Source: an uncultured virus (IMG/VR IMGVR_UViG_3300031555_004022)
Taxonomy: Duplodnaviria; Heunggongvirae; Uroviricota; Caudoviricetes
Direction: 5' to 3' (one strand)
Length of the DNA stretch: 64,000 nucleotides
IMG/VR virus record: IMGVR_UViG_3300031555_004022
The translations under genes were made by a program, and so were the position numbers. The notes under the pieces were generated by a model. The model saw only the letters and a program-made list of their open reading frames with translations, made no database searches and was not told where the DNA came from. This document shows, one piece after another, positions 18,820 to 27,744 of this stretch. Positions within the stretch are counted from its first letter, which is position 1. The number at the start of each line of letters is the position of its first letter.

Positions 18820-20211
18820 ATGCCATCGATTGAAGCAAGAAGAAACGCAAGCGGCAAGATCACAAGCTACCGCATCACGGTTTCCGACGGAACGGATTAT
18901 AAGGGCAACCCCATTCGCCACCGCATCTTATGGACACCTCCGAAGAAGGTCATGACAGAGAGGCAGATGGAGAAAGAGGCTTATGCCGCAGCGGCCAAAT
19001 ATGAGGAGCAAATCAAAGTAGGCTACTACATCGACAACAATCAGACTTTCTGCGAATATGCCCAATATGTCATGGAACTGAAGGAGCGAACCGGGATCAA
19101 AACATCCACCTTGGATCGTTATTTGGAGATGCTGCCCCGAATTTATGAAGCCATCGGACATATGAAGTTGAGCCAGATTCGTCCCCAACACTTAAACGAA
19201 TTTTATCGCCACTTGGGACAAATGGGAATGCGTGCGGACAGTCAGCGTGCCGTTCCAAAAAGAATCTTCCCCAAGAGATTCCATGCCTTACAAGTCTCTC
19301 AGGCAGACCTTGCAAGGGTAGCAGGAATAGGCTACCAAACCATTAACACTGCCCTCAAGGGAAACGCCATCAAAATGGATAAGGCAAATGCCATTGCAGA
19401 GGCTATGGGGATGACCTTTTCAACTTTGTTTGATGTGAAGGAAAATTTGAAGCCCTTGTCAGCAAAGACAGTCCGGGAGCACCATCGGTTAATCTCCACG
19501 ATCTTAGCCCAAGCGGAGAAAGAAATGCTGATCCCCTACAATCCCGCACAAAAGGCCACACCGCCGAAGGTCGAGAGAACCGTTCCGGAATATTATCAAC
19601 AGGAGGAAATGGACGAAATTTTAGAAGCTCTGGAAAAGGCGCCGGTTCGTTGGAAAGCCATTTCTTATGTTCTGATCGATACCGGGTGTCGCCGTGGAGA
19701 AGCTTTAGGGCTAAAATGGGACAAAATCGATTTGGAAACAGGCTTGATCGTCATTGACAGATCCCTACTGTATTCCCCATCCAAGGGAATCTATGAAAGT
19801 ACCACGAAAACCAACGATGTCCGCGCAATGATCCTGGCACCGCAAACCATAGACGCTCTGAAGGCATGGAAAGAAGAATATGAGCAGTGGAAAGAAATCA
19901 ACGGCGACCGCTGGAAGAATTCTCCCTATGTCTTCGTCCGGGAAGACGGAGGCCCCATGCACCCGGATAGCGTTACAGATTGGTTGGCGAGATTCAGCAA
20001 GGACAATGTCTTGCCCCACATCCATCCTCACGCATTCCGTCATACCGCAGCTTCTACCATGATTATGAACGGTGTAGATGTGGTAACCGCCGCAGCAGAA
20101 ATGGGCCATGCCAGCCCCTCCACAACTGCCAATATCTATGCCCACCAATTCGCCATTGCAAGAGCCAAAGCTGCCAATGTTCGTGGCGGCGTGTTCGCTA
20201 AGCGGAAGTAA
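18820..20211 (+). CDS. Tyrosine recombinase/integrase with embedded XRE-like HTH
   Basis: TGCRRGE, HAFRHT, MGH and IYAH catalytic motifs; internal SQADLARVAGIGYQTIN segment. Confidence 0.9.
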   Translation: MPSIEARRNASGKITSYRITVSDGTDYKGNPIRHRILWTPPKKVMTERQMEKEAYAAAAKYEEQIKVGYYIDNNQTFCEYAQYVMELKERTGIKTSTLDRYLEMLPRIYEAIGHMKLSQIRPQHLNEFYRHLGQMGMRADSQRAVPKRIFPKRFHALQVSQADLARVAGIGYQTINTALKGNAIKMDKANAIAEAMGMTFSTLFDVKENLKPLSAKTVREHHRLISTILAQAEKEMLIPYNPAQKATPPKVERTVPEYYQQEEMDEILEALEKAPVRWKAISYVLIDTGCRRGEALGLKWDKIDLETGLIVIDRSLLYSPSKGIYESTTKTNDVRAMILAPQTIDALKAWKEEYEQWKEINGDRWKNSPYVFVREDGGPMHPDSVTDWLARFSKDNVLPHIHPHAFRHTAASTMIMNGVDVVTAAAEMGHASPSTTANIYAHQFAIARAKAANVRGGVFAKRK

Positions 20212-20216
20212 TGACT

Positions 20217-20260
20217 TACCCCCTCTCCGATTCTTGCCAACCGGAGAGGGGGTATTTTTT
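20217..20260 (+). terminator. Rho-independent terminator
   Basis: TACCCCCTCTCCG...CGGAGAGGGGGTA followed by TTTTTT. Confidence 0.75.
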
Positions 20261-20373
20261 CGTTATTGCGTATGGATAGTTAAGAACGGAAATTTCCTTG
20301 ACCTCACACATTTGTCTTTTCCAAAGGGATCTTGTAAAATGAAGATACAAAAAACAAATAGGAGGAAAACCAA

Positions 20374-20754
20374 ATGAAAAAATCCAAAGACGCCACCTAT
20401 ACTTCCAAATTCGACCTGACCTATGTACTTGAGGGAGAATACTACATCCCTTTGGTAGAACTTCCGAAGCCTGCCGATATCGGCATTTGGGGCAAGCGGC
20501 GCCATGACTATTTGAAGAACCACCGCCGAGTCATCTACTATGCTATGCAGATGAAAGAAACCCTAAATCCGCACCTGGAGGAAGTAGATCGCGCTGCGAA
20601 TGAAATGTGCGACCGCCTCATCAAACAATTCGCCACCGCCGAAGGCATCACCGAAGACCTAAAAGCCACCAACCAAATGGAATGGGTCGGCCGCATGAAT
20701 AACATCCATGCCCGTGTTACGGAAATTGTGAATAACGAACTGATTCTGGTATGA
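20374..20754 (+). CDS. tnpV: TnpV family protein (copy 2)
   Basis: IGIWGKRR, EGITEDLKA.NQMEWVGRMNNI motifs. Confidence 0.85.
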   Translation: MKKSKDATYTSKFDLTYVLEGEYYIPLVELPKPADIGIWGKRRHDYLKNHRRVIYYAMQMKETLNPHLEEVDRAANEMCDRLIKQFATAEGITEDLKATNQMEWVGRMNNIHARVTEIVNNELILV

Positions 20755-20927
20755 TCGGAGCAATCGGTCAATACAGAGGTGTATGATCCGACAAAGGGCA
20801 ACCCTGCGTAAGGGCTGTCCTTTTGCCTTGCTTGAGGATGAAAAAGAGCCATGCAAACAACACTGTCTGCATGGCTTCTTGAGAATAATATATAGACAAA
20901 AAATGCTTCAATTCACAGCGCGCAATG

Positions 20928-21281
20928 TTAATCGTCTTCTGATAGATTCTTTTGTTGCTCCAACAACGTATCAATCATTTTTGAGACCGCCACCAACGTT
21001 GCCGGATTGCATTTCTCCAATTTTGCAGCAATATCACGGCTGATGATCGTTTCCGGGTGAGCGTATGGCGTATCTAAGAGGAAATAATCCGTACTCTCAC
21101 CAAGTACAGAGGCAAGTCTCAGCAACATAGAAAGAGACAGCTTGCACTGAGCCGTTTCAATGTGGCTCAGATAGTTGTTAGAGCAGTTCACCATTGCGCT
21201 CAAGTCCGCCTGCGTAAGCCCCTTTTCCAAACGGAGTTTGCGAATCCGCTGCCCAATCTTTTCATAATTCACTTCTATCAT
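20928..21281 (-). CDS. XRE-family HTH regulator
   Basis: IGQRIRKLRLEKGLTQADLS...YLSHIE. Confidence 0.85.
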   Translation of the reverse strand: MIEVNYEKIGQRIRKLRLEKGLTQADLSAMVNCSNNYLSHIETAQCKLSLSMLLRLASVLGESTDYFLLDTPYAHPETIISRDIAAKLEKCNPATLVAVSKMIDTLLEQQKNLSEDD

Positions 21282-21492
21282 ATCAATCACCATCCTAACT
21301 TTGTCCCCTCTATTGTATCGGATGGTGTATTTTCTTAAAACAATCTATAATAACATATTGCTATAATAGTTATAATGATATATAATAAAAATTGCAGATT
21401 GCCATAATAGATGGAATAGGAAACAGCTTTACTTCTGGGTTTGGGAGTAAACCTATATGCGCCGAAAAGCAAGCGTGATGCGCACCGCATCC

Positions 21493-21514
21493 GATGGGGC
21501 GATTTTGCCCTATC
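21493..21514. promoter_or_regulatory. Palindromic operator-like box, copy 1
   Basis: GATGGGGCGATTTTGCCCTATC, similar to 22348-22369. Confidence 0.6.
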
Positions 21515-21567
21515 AGGTGTGCTATTCTTAATATATACATAACGTATTTCAAAAAAGGAGGATACCA

Positions 21568-22338
21568 ATGAAAAAAATCATCATTGCAGACGCAGACAGC
21601 GCATTTCGGGAAAAGCTTGTTCGAGCGATAGAGGCGTGCGAGGAATTTGAAATTATTGGGATTGCGGAAGATGGTGAGCAGGCAATGAAACTAATGGAGA
21701 ACTTACAACCGGACATTTTAGTAATGGATTTTCTTCTGCCACAGTATGACGGCATTACCGTTTTGCAGGAGACCCGTTCTATGGGCAAGCGTCCAAAGGT
21801 TCTTGTTGCTACGCTTTTCATCAACGATTATGTTGCACGGACAGCGGCTCGTCTCGGAGTGCAGCAAATGCTGCGCAAGCCATGCAGTGCAGAACGGGTC
21901 GTGCAGCATTTATACCAAATGCTGCACGAACAAGAGAATACTCCTGCAATCATTCTTTGGGACGGAGAAAAAACGGCAGATTCCTTGGCGACGAAGATGC
22001 TGCATCATATCGGCGTGCCTGCTCATATTAAGGGCTACAGCTATGTACGCGAAGCGATCCTTCTTGCTATGCCATATGAAATCATCAAAAGAGATGTCAT
22101 CGCATATTGCTATCGGGAAACCGCTAAAGTTTTCAACACAACACCGAGCAGGGTCGAGCACGCGATTCGTTATGCTGTCGAAGCGGCGTGGGAACGCGGT
22201 GATTTAAACACGTTGCAGCAGTATTTTGGCTACACAGTCTCGAATGTAAAAGGAATGCCTACAAATTCGGAGTTTATTGCCATCCTTGCAGACAGTCTTC
22301 GACTGTTGCTCAAAAATCATGCAGAAATCGCAAAATAA
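21568..22338 (+). CDS. Spo0A-like response regulator (REC plus Spo0A C-terminal domain)
   Basis: PDILVMD, LRKP; IGVPAHIKGYSYVREAI, TTPSRVEHAIR, PTNSEFIA. Confidence 0.9.
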   Translation: MKKIIIADADSAFREKLVRAIEACEEFEIIGIAEDGEQAMKLMENLQPDILVMDFLLPQYDGITVLQETRSMGKRPKVLVATLFINDYVARTAARLGVQQMLRKPCSAERVVQHLYQMLHEQENTPAIILWDGEKTADSLATKMLHHIGVPAHIKGYSYVREAILLAMPYEIIKRDVIAYCYRETAKVFNTTPSRVEHAIRYAVEAAWERGDLNTLQQYFGYTVSNVKGMPTNSEFIAILADSLRLLLKNHAEIAK

Positions 22339-22347
22339 TTTGCGACC

Positions 22348-22369
22348 GATGGGACGTTTTTGCCCCATC
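22348..22369. promoter_or_regulatory. Palindromic operator-like box, copy 2, upstream of the WYL gene
   Basis: GATGGGACGTTTTTGCCCCATC followed by a TAATAT -10-like box. Confidence 0.6.
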
Positions 22370-22419
22370 GGGTGTTGTAATATGGTGTAAAAGATGATAC
22401 CATAAAAAGGGTGATAGAT

Positions 22420-23460
22420 ATGGGCAGAAAAAAGCTCGCCTTTGCGATACTGGATATCCTTCGCAAGTACACCGACGAAGACCATCGGCTGAGCCAAAAG
22501 GATATCATTGACATTCTGAAAACCGAATATGATCTCTCTGCTGACCGCAAAAGCGTGAAGCGAAATATTACAAGCCTCATGGACATGGGCTATGATATCA
22601 ACTTCAGCGAAGCGTTACGGATGTTTCCCAACAAAGAAGGTGTTTTGGAAGAGAGCTATATTCTTTCCGACTTCTACTTGGAGCGAGAATTTGAAGACAG
22701 CGAGTTGCGTCTGCTGATTGACAGCCTTTTATTTTCCAAACACATTCCATATAGTCAGTGCAAGAATTTAATTCACAAGCTGGAAGGTCTGTCCAATCAA
22801 TATTTCAAGACCCATGTGCGATTTATTTCTACTCTACCCGAGACCGCGCCCAAAAATCCGCAGTTGTTTTATACCATTGAGGTCTTGGACGAAGCCATTG
22901 CCAAAGGCAGGCAGGTAGCATTTACTTATAACAGCTATGGTACGGACAAAAAGCTCCATCCACGACAGAACGCGGATGGAACTGTGAAGGAATATATTAT
23001 CAATCCCTACCAAATGGCCGCGACCAACGGCCGCTATTATTTGATCTGCAATTACAACAAATACGACAATTTGGCAAATTTTCGCATCGACCGCATCACC
23101 GACATTCGAATGCTGGACACGCCGTCAAAACCCGTGAGGCAGTTGGACGAAGCAAAGAACGGTCTGTTTCTGCCCAAGCATATGGCAGAACACGTGTATA
23201 TGTTCTCCGGCGAGAGCATACCCGTGACTTTCCGAATGAAGAAAAATATCTTAAACGATGTGATTGACTGGTTTGGTACGGATATCGCCTTCTCCGACGA
23301 AGCAGAAGACGAAGTCACCGCCCGCGTTACCGTCAATTGGAGCGCCATGCGCCATTGGGCGTTACAGTATTGCCGCCATGTAAAGATAGTCTCGCCAACA
23401 GAATTGGCGCAAACTGTTAAGCAAGACTTGCAAAAAGCAATCGAATTCTACAATACGTAA
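22420..23460 (+). CDS. WYL-domain transcriptional regulator (wHTH-WYL-WCX)
   Basis: ILDILRKYTDEDHRLS, NPY...NGRYYLI, FRIDRI, DVIDWFG. Confidence 0.9.
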   Translation: MGRKKLAFAILDILRKYTDEDHRLSQKDIIDILKTEYDLSADRKSVKRNITSLMDMGYDINFSEALRMFPNKEGVLEESYILSDFYLEREFEDSELRLLIDSLLFSKHIPYSQCKNLIHKLEGLSNQYFKTHVRFISTLPETAPKNPQLFYTIEVLDEAIAKGRQVAFTYNSYGTDKKLHPRQNADGTVKEYIINPYQMAATNGRYYLICNYNKYDNLANFRIDRITDIRMLDTPSKPVRQLDEAKNGLFLPKHMAEHVYMFSGESIPVTFRMKKNILNDVIDWFGTDIAFSDEAEDEVTARVTVNWSAMRHWALQYCRHVKIVSPTELAQTVKQDLQKAIEFYNT

Positions 23461-23481
23461 CCTCTTTGAAAGGAGTAGGAA

Positions 23482-23823
23482 ATGGCAACTATTTACAATT
23501 ACTATCAACTGTACATTCACACGGCAATAGACATGTTAGAAGGAACAGGGTATCTGAAAGATAGTTTAGATTGGGATGTTAACCGGGGGAAATTTACACT
23601 CCGCCTTCGAAATCGCGACGGTTCTCCCTTGACAGTGCTGGTTATTACATTCAAAAAATCTAAAAGCAGCATCGTTATTGCGGATACTAAGACGCATATG
23701 CAGACCGAATTCCGGATAATCCTTGACACAGACGGGAAGAATCTGGACTATTTCCATAGTTTCCTTGATGGTTTCATATTTGAAATTGCCTATCAAAATG
23801 ACGTAAAAAATAGCAGTACATAG
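23482..23823 (+). CDS. Hypothetical protein
   Basis: AAGGAG RBS; in an operon with the WYL gene. Confidence 0.6.
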   Translation: MATIYNYYQLYIHTAIDMLEGTGYLKDSLDWDVNRGKFTLRLRNRDGSPLTVLVITFKKSKSSIVIADTKTHMQTEFRIILDTDGKNLDYFHSFLDGFIFEIAYQNDVKNSST

Positions 23824-23892
23824 CGATCAAAACGAGATATTGCAAAACCAACCATCTTAAATTATCTGTATATACAAAAGGAGAGTTACATC

Positions 23893-24651
23893 ATGAAATT
23901 GACATATGACGATGACTTAAAACAAATTGATTTTTATAAAACCCATCCGGAGTATTTACCATTTATTGGCGATAATTTTGATGAATTCAGAATTTTGCAG
24001 GTGGGAGAAAGTCACTACATAGGGCAAAGTAGCGCCTATGCTCCATTTGACTTAGAATACTTTGACAAGTGGTGGACTGATAGTTGCCCTGAGCTATATG
24101 AGCATCCGGATGGATATCCTGAAACTAAATGTTGGGGCAGTTGGTATAAAACTAGAGATGTTATTGGTCGGTTTTTGAACAAGAATCAAAACAACTACAG
24201 CATTTTTACGAATATGATCCGCGCTTTTGATGAAGCTGTCGGAGGGTTGCCGGAATGCGTCAATATAAAGCGGAAATATCACTATTTTGCGTTTATGAAT
24301 TTCTTTCAGATGCCGTCGCTACATCAGGGCGTTAGCTTTGAAAAATCAATCTACAAATCAGCGAAAGAAGCGGATAATCCTACCGCTGTTTATAAACGCG
24401 CAGTAGAAGAGTCGTGCGCTGTCTTGGACAAGGTTGTCGGAATTCTTAATCCGAATGCGATTGTGTTTACCTCTAAAGCTGCTTACAGAGCTTACTGCAC
24501 TCACAGGGGTGAGTGCGCTGAAATTGACAAACGATTGATCAATACTGTTCACCCCGGTTGTTCCTGGTGGAATCGGCCGATTAAGCGCTTTGACGGTCGC
24601 ACAGGAAGGGAAGAACTAGTAAGAGCGTTGAGAAATCATCTCAACGAATAG
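23893..24651 (+). CDS. Uracil-DNA-glycosylase-like fold protein (putative)
   Basis: ILQVGESHY, AFMNFFQ, L.P..IVF.SK and HPG motifs in UDG-superfamily order. Confidence 0.55.
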   Translation: MKLTYDDDLKQIDFYKTHPEYLPFIGDNFDEFRILQVGESHYIGQSSAYAPFDLEYFDKWWTDSCPELYEHPDGYPETKCWGSWYKTRDVIGRFLNKNQNNYSIFTNMIRAFDEAVGGLPECVNIKRKYHYFAFMNFFQMPSLHQGVSFEKSIYKSAKEADNPTAVYKRAVEESCAVLDKVVGILNPNAIVFTSKAAYRAYCTHRGECAEIDKRLINTVHPGCSWWNRPIKRFDGRTGREELVRALRNHLNE

Positions 24652-25109
24652 ATTTTTTGCTTCATCGGGAATGGCAGAATAAATCCGTCCCTGATACTTT
24701 TGTATTACGGAAAAGTGGATTAGCTATATATGTGATAGTCTCTACGAGGAAGTATAAGGGCTGTTTGCCAACTGATTTGGTTCTATCTCCGCACGTGTAT
24801 CGTCGCCGTCGTCGGCCTGTCCACAGTTTGCCGACAAGCCGAAAGTCATCGCATTCTCCCCAGCTTGACAATACGATATCACGGATCTAAATAAAAAACA
24901 ATACTAAGTTATAATGGAAGGGCAGATTTGAGAAATCTCTCCCCCCAAGCTGTCCCAAGTTGGGGATGAGATTTCCGAACTTATTTTGGGCGAAAAAGTT
25001 CGGAAAAGTCCGGAAATGGGGTATAAACGGAATTTATCAAAATGGATTGCAGAAGGCACTTTCCCCAAATCTTCCCCAAGGCGTTTTTTGGGGTGTTGTA
25101 AAATGGGAC

Positions 25110-25161
25110 AAAAAGTTAGAAAAACCACCGTTTTCGAGGTGAAAACGGTGGTTTTTATGGT
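25110..25161. repeat. 52-bp direct repeat, right copy
   Basis: Identical to 148-199. Confidence 0.9.
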
Positions 25162-25169
25162 TGCGGAGG
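25158..25169 (-). other. tRNA-fMet-like 3' end fragment (CCTCCGCAACCA), putative prophage att remnant
   Basis: TGGTTGCGGAGG on the plus strand, abutting the terminator and at the boundary with GC-rich phage DNA; no T-arm follows. Confidence 0.5.
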
Positions 25170-25219
25170 TCTGCTACACTTGGTATGTACGACCTGGACG
25201 AACAGGATCGCAGCATAAG

Positions 25220-25253
25220 AAAATCCCCGGCCTGGGAACAGGTCGGGGATTTT
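25220..25253 (-). terminator. Terminator ending the late/lysis operon
   Basis: AAAATCCCCGGCCTG...CAGGTCGGGGATTTT. Confidence 0.7.
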
Positions 25254-25324
25254 TGTACATTTTGCTATTTCGCCGGGCGCGATCCGCGTCTCATGGGCCG
25301 CTTGATCCCGGTGAAAATTGTGCA

Positions 25325-25915
25325 TTACGCCATATAACGGACGACGTCGCCGCTGATCAGGCACTCCTTGCCGTGGCGATCCTCCACGCGATACCAGACG
25401 ACGCCCTCGATCTCGCGCTTGCCGGTGACGGGGAATACCTGGCCCTGCATAGCCTGGTCAATGACGGCCAGGTTCTCGTCGCGCAGGTTGACCATACCGG
25501 TGTAGGTGACCAGGACACGGCCCTTCATGGGTACGTCGGTACACTCCAGACCCTCGCCGGGGTCGTCGTCTTCCTGGGCGGCAGCTTCGGGGGCCACCTC
25601 CTGTTCGATGTCGATGATCAAGCCGTCGGCAGCGTCAGCTGCATCTTCGGGATCGGCTGCGTCTTCCACGATCGCGGTCTTTTCCGCCTGGACAGGCACT
25701 GCGGCGATCATGACAGCCAGGTCGTCCTTCTTGATGTTGAAGGGGTACTTCAGGCCCATGTCGTTCGCCAGGGCTTTCAGATCGGCCATTTTCATCCCCT
25801 TCAGTTGTTCGACGTCCAGGTGGCCGGTGATCAGATCGGTGTCGGCCTGGGCGGCGCCTGCTGCCTTCGCGGCAGCCTGGGCTTCGACCTGGGCCATCTT
25901 TTCTTCCATAGTCAT
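25325..25915 (-). CDS. Acidic phage protein, possible C-terminal SH3b-like domain
   Basis: GGAG RBS; VNLRD...GQVF.V......WYRV....G. Confidence 0.6.
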   Translation of the reverse strand: MTMEEKMAQVEAQAAAKAAGAAQADTDLITGHLDVEQLKGMKMADLKALANDMGLKYPFNIKKDDLAVMIAAVPVQAEKTAIVEDAADPEDAADAADGLIIDIEQEVAPEAAAQEDDDPGEGLECTDVPMKGRVLVTYTGMVNLRDENLAVIDQAMQGQVFPVTGKREIEGVVWYRVEDRHGKECLISGDVVRYMA

Positions 25916-25929
25916 GTGGTTTTCCTCCG

Positions 25930-27306
25930 TTACTTCTTCAGCATTTTGTTGACCAGGGTCTGGACTTCGTGATAGTCATACCCGGCAGCGGTCAGGCGTT
26001 CCTTCCGCTCGGTGCCGTTGCCCCAGTCGCCACGGATCACGGCCTTCGCGACCTTCTCCAGGTCGGCGGCCTTTTTGGCGCCCAGGATCGCGTTCACGCG
26101 GTTCTGCACGGCCTTGTAGTCGTGGCCCGCAGCGGTCAGGCGCTCCTTCCGGTCGGCGCCGTTGCCCCACTTGCCCGCGATCACTTCCTGGGCCAGCTCG
26201 TCCACGGTCTTCTTCGCGGGTTCGGGCTTCACAGGTTCTGCAGGTTTGGGAGCCGCCACGGCGACGGACGCATAATTGGGGCAGCCATAGCCCCGGATGT
26301 ACTTCGCGTTCACGGTCAGGTGGCGATAGGTCACGGCGTCGGACTTGTTGCCCTCGATCACGGTGATCTTGCCGTCCTCGCACTCGGTGACGATGCCCAC
26401 GTGGTCGGAGTTGCCGGTGTTGTCACCCTTGCCGCTGTCGTCCCAGTCGTAGAAGATATAGTCGCCGGGCAGGGGCACGTGGGCGTCGTTCTCGACCCAG
26501 GCGCCCAGCTTTTTGAACAGCTGCACGTGCTTCTCGCAGCCGCACTCGGTGGGGATGATGTCGGCCAGCCCGGCAGCGATCGCGACCGCGCTGGCGTAGG
26601 TGCTGCACCAGGCGTCGTCATACTGGACAGCATAGCCTCGGGCCAGGGGCTTGTGGCTGTTGTAGACGTCGATGATCTTCTTGTGGCTGCCGTCTGCCTC
26701 ATTGCAGCCCAGCCAGCCCACGGCGATCTTCACGATCAAGGCGCGAAGCTCGTCCTCGGTCATGTTCTTGACGTCGGTCTGATCCTGGGCGGGTTCGACG
26801 AACTCGTCCCAGAACTCCCTGGCGTAGGACGCCCGGCGGTTCTTCGCGGCGTCGCTCTGATCTGCGGGCCGCTCGAACTGGGTCATGAAGGCGTCGGACG
26901 CTGCCTTCATGTCGTCGGTGGTCTTCAGCAGATTCAGCAGGGACGGGTATGCCTTCAGCTCCAGGATCATAAACAGCAGCTGCATTTCCATGTCCGCGAT
27001 ACTTGCGGCCAGCTGCTGGGCGTAGGCCAGCAGGTTCTTCTTCCGGCTCCAATACGTCCACTGGCACAGGCCGAAGCCTTGGCCGTCCCGGACGAAGTTG
27101 GTGTAGGTGCCCGCGTCGACCGCCGCCACGTATTCGGCGTCAGTCATGCCCAGCTTCTTCTCGCCGGTGTTCTGAAGGTTATCAGGGCGACCGGCGGATT
27201 CTGCCTTGATGTTCGCCATGGTGCCCACGGCACCGGCGTCGGTGAAGCCCTGGGCCTTCAGGAAATTGTAGATTTTCTCATAGTTACCGCTTCCGATCAA
27301 TGCCAT
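25930..27306 (-). CDS. Endolysin: phage-tail-lysozyme + CHAP + two CW_7 repeats
   Basis: ANIKAES, GFGLCQWT, FERPA; AWCS...DHVGIV...IEGN; two A..VI.G.WGNG.ERKERL..AG.DY..VQ..VN repeats. Confidence 0.9.
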   Translation of the reverse strand: MALIGSGNYEKIYNFLKAQGFTDAGAVGTMANIKAESAGRPDNLQNTGEKKLGMTDAEYVAAVDAGTYTNFVRDGQGFGLCQWTYWSRKKNLLAYAQQLAASIADMEMQLLFMILELKAYPSLLNLLKTTDDMKAASDAFMTQFERPADQSDAAKNRRASYAREFWDEFVEPAQDQTDVKNMTEDELRALIVKIAVGWLGCNEADGSHKKIIDVYNSHKPLARGYAVQYDDAWCSTYASAVAIAAGLADIIPTECGCEKHVQLFKKLGAWVENDAHVPLPGDYIFYDWDDSGKGDNTGNSDHVGIVTECEDGKITVIEGNKSDAVTYRHLTVNAKYIRGYGCPNYASVAVAAPKPAEPVKPEPAKKTVDELAQEVIAGKWGNGADRKERLTAAGHDYKAVQNRVNAILGAKKAADLEKVAKAVIRGDWGNGTERKERLTAAGYDYHEVQTLVNKMLKK

Positions 27307-27475
27307 GCTTGCGGCCTCCTTCTCTGTTCTTCTTGGGTTTCTTGCGTTCTCTGGGGATGTAGTTCACGAAATGATCGTGGGCGCAGTTCTTCGCGGCCTT
27401 GACGGGGTCGTCGCCGTAGGGTTTGCATTCCTCGCCGGTGCAGTTCGTGCAGCGGCGGCAGTCGACCCTGATCAT
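27284..27475 (-). CDS. Small Cys-rich protein between holin and endolysin
   Basis: ATGA overlap with the holin stop; CRRCTNC...C...C. Confidence 0.5.
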   Translation of the reverse strand: MIRVDCRRCTNCTGEECKPYGDDPVKAAKNCAHDHFVNYIPRERKKPKKNREGGRKHGIDRKR

Positions 27476-27726
27476 TTCAGGGTCTCCATGTACTTGTCGG
27501 CGGCGATTGCCTTCTTGGTGAAGCTGTTGTTCTTCCACCAGTTCCAGAGCGCGACGCCGATCATGATGCCGGTGGTGACGATGGTCTCCACCTGCTCGTT
27601 CTCGATGGGCAGAACGGCGTGGCCTGCGTTGGACAGCAGCTGATTGATCAGGGCCAGGAACAGGCAGATGGTTCTGACGATGGTGCCAGTCTTGACGGTC
27701 AGGTCGTTGGTGTTGGTGTTGCTCAT
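27472..27726 (-). CDS. Phage holin, SPP1 family
   Basis: GTIVRTICLFLALINQ...WNWWKNNSFTK. Confidence 0.85.
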   Translation of the reverse strand: MSNTNTNDLTVKTGTIVRTICLFLALINQLLSNAGHAVLPIENEQVETIVTTGIMIGVALWNWWKNNSFTKKAIAADKYMETLK

Positions 27727-27744
27727 TTTGTTTTTCCTCCTTCG

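Larger units (their letters stand above)
148..25161. mobile_element. Integrative genomic island (IME-like) with defence and regulatory cargo
   Basis: Flanking 52-bp direct repeats; tyrosine integrase, excisionase-like, RepA_N, DnaC-like, MobC, ParB and TnpV genes inside. Confidence 0.75.

Noticed and set aside
21568..22338. Calling this the host spo0A
   Set aside because: It lies inside a mobile island without spoIVB context and has substitutions at conserved residues, so no gene symbol was given
25158..25230. Complete tRNA gene
   Set aside because: Only about 12 nt of acceptor end match; no T-arm or anticodon arm can be folded
24986..25972. 328-aa plus-strand ORF across the island/prophage junction
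   Set aside because: It spans the att repeat and terminator and is antisense to 25325-25915; likely spurious
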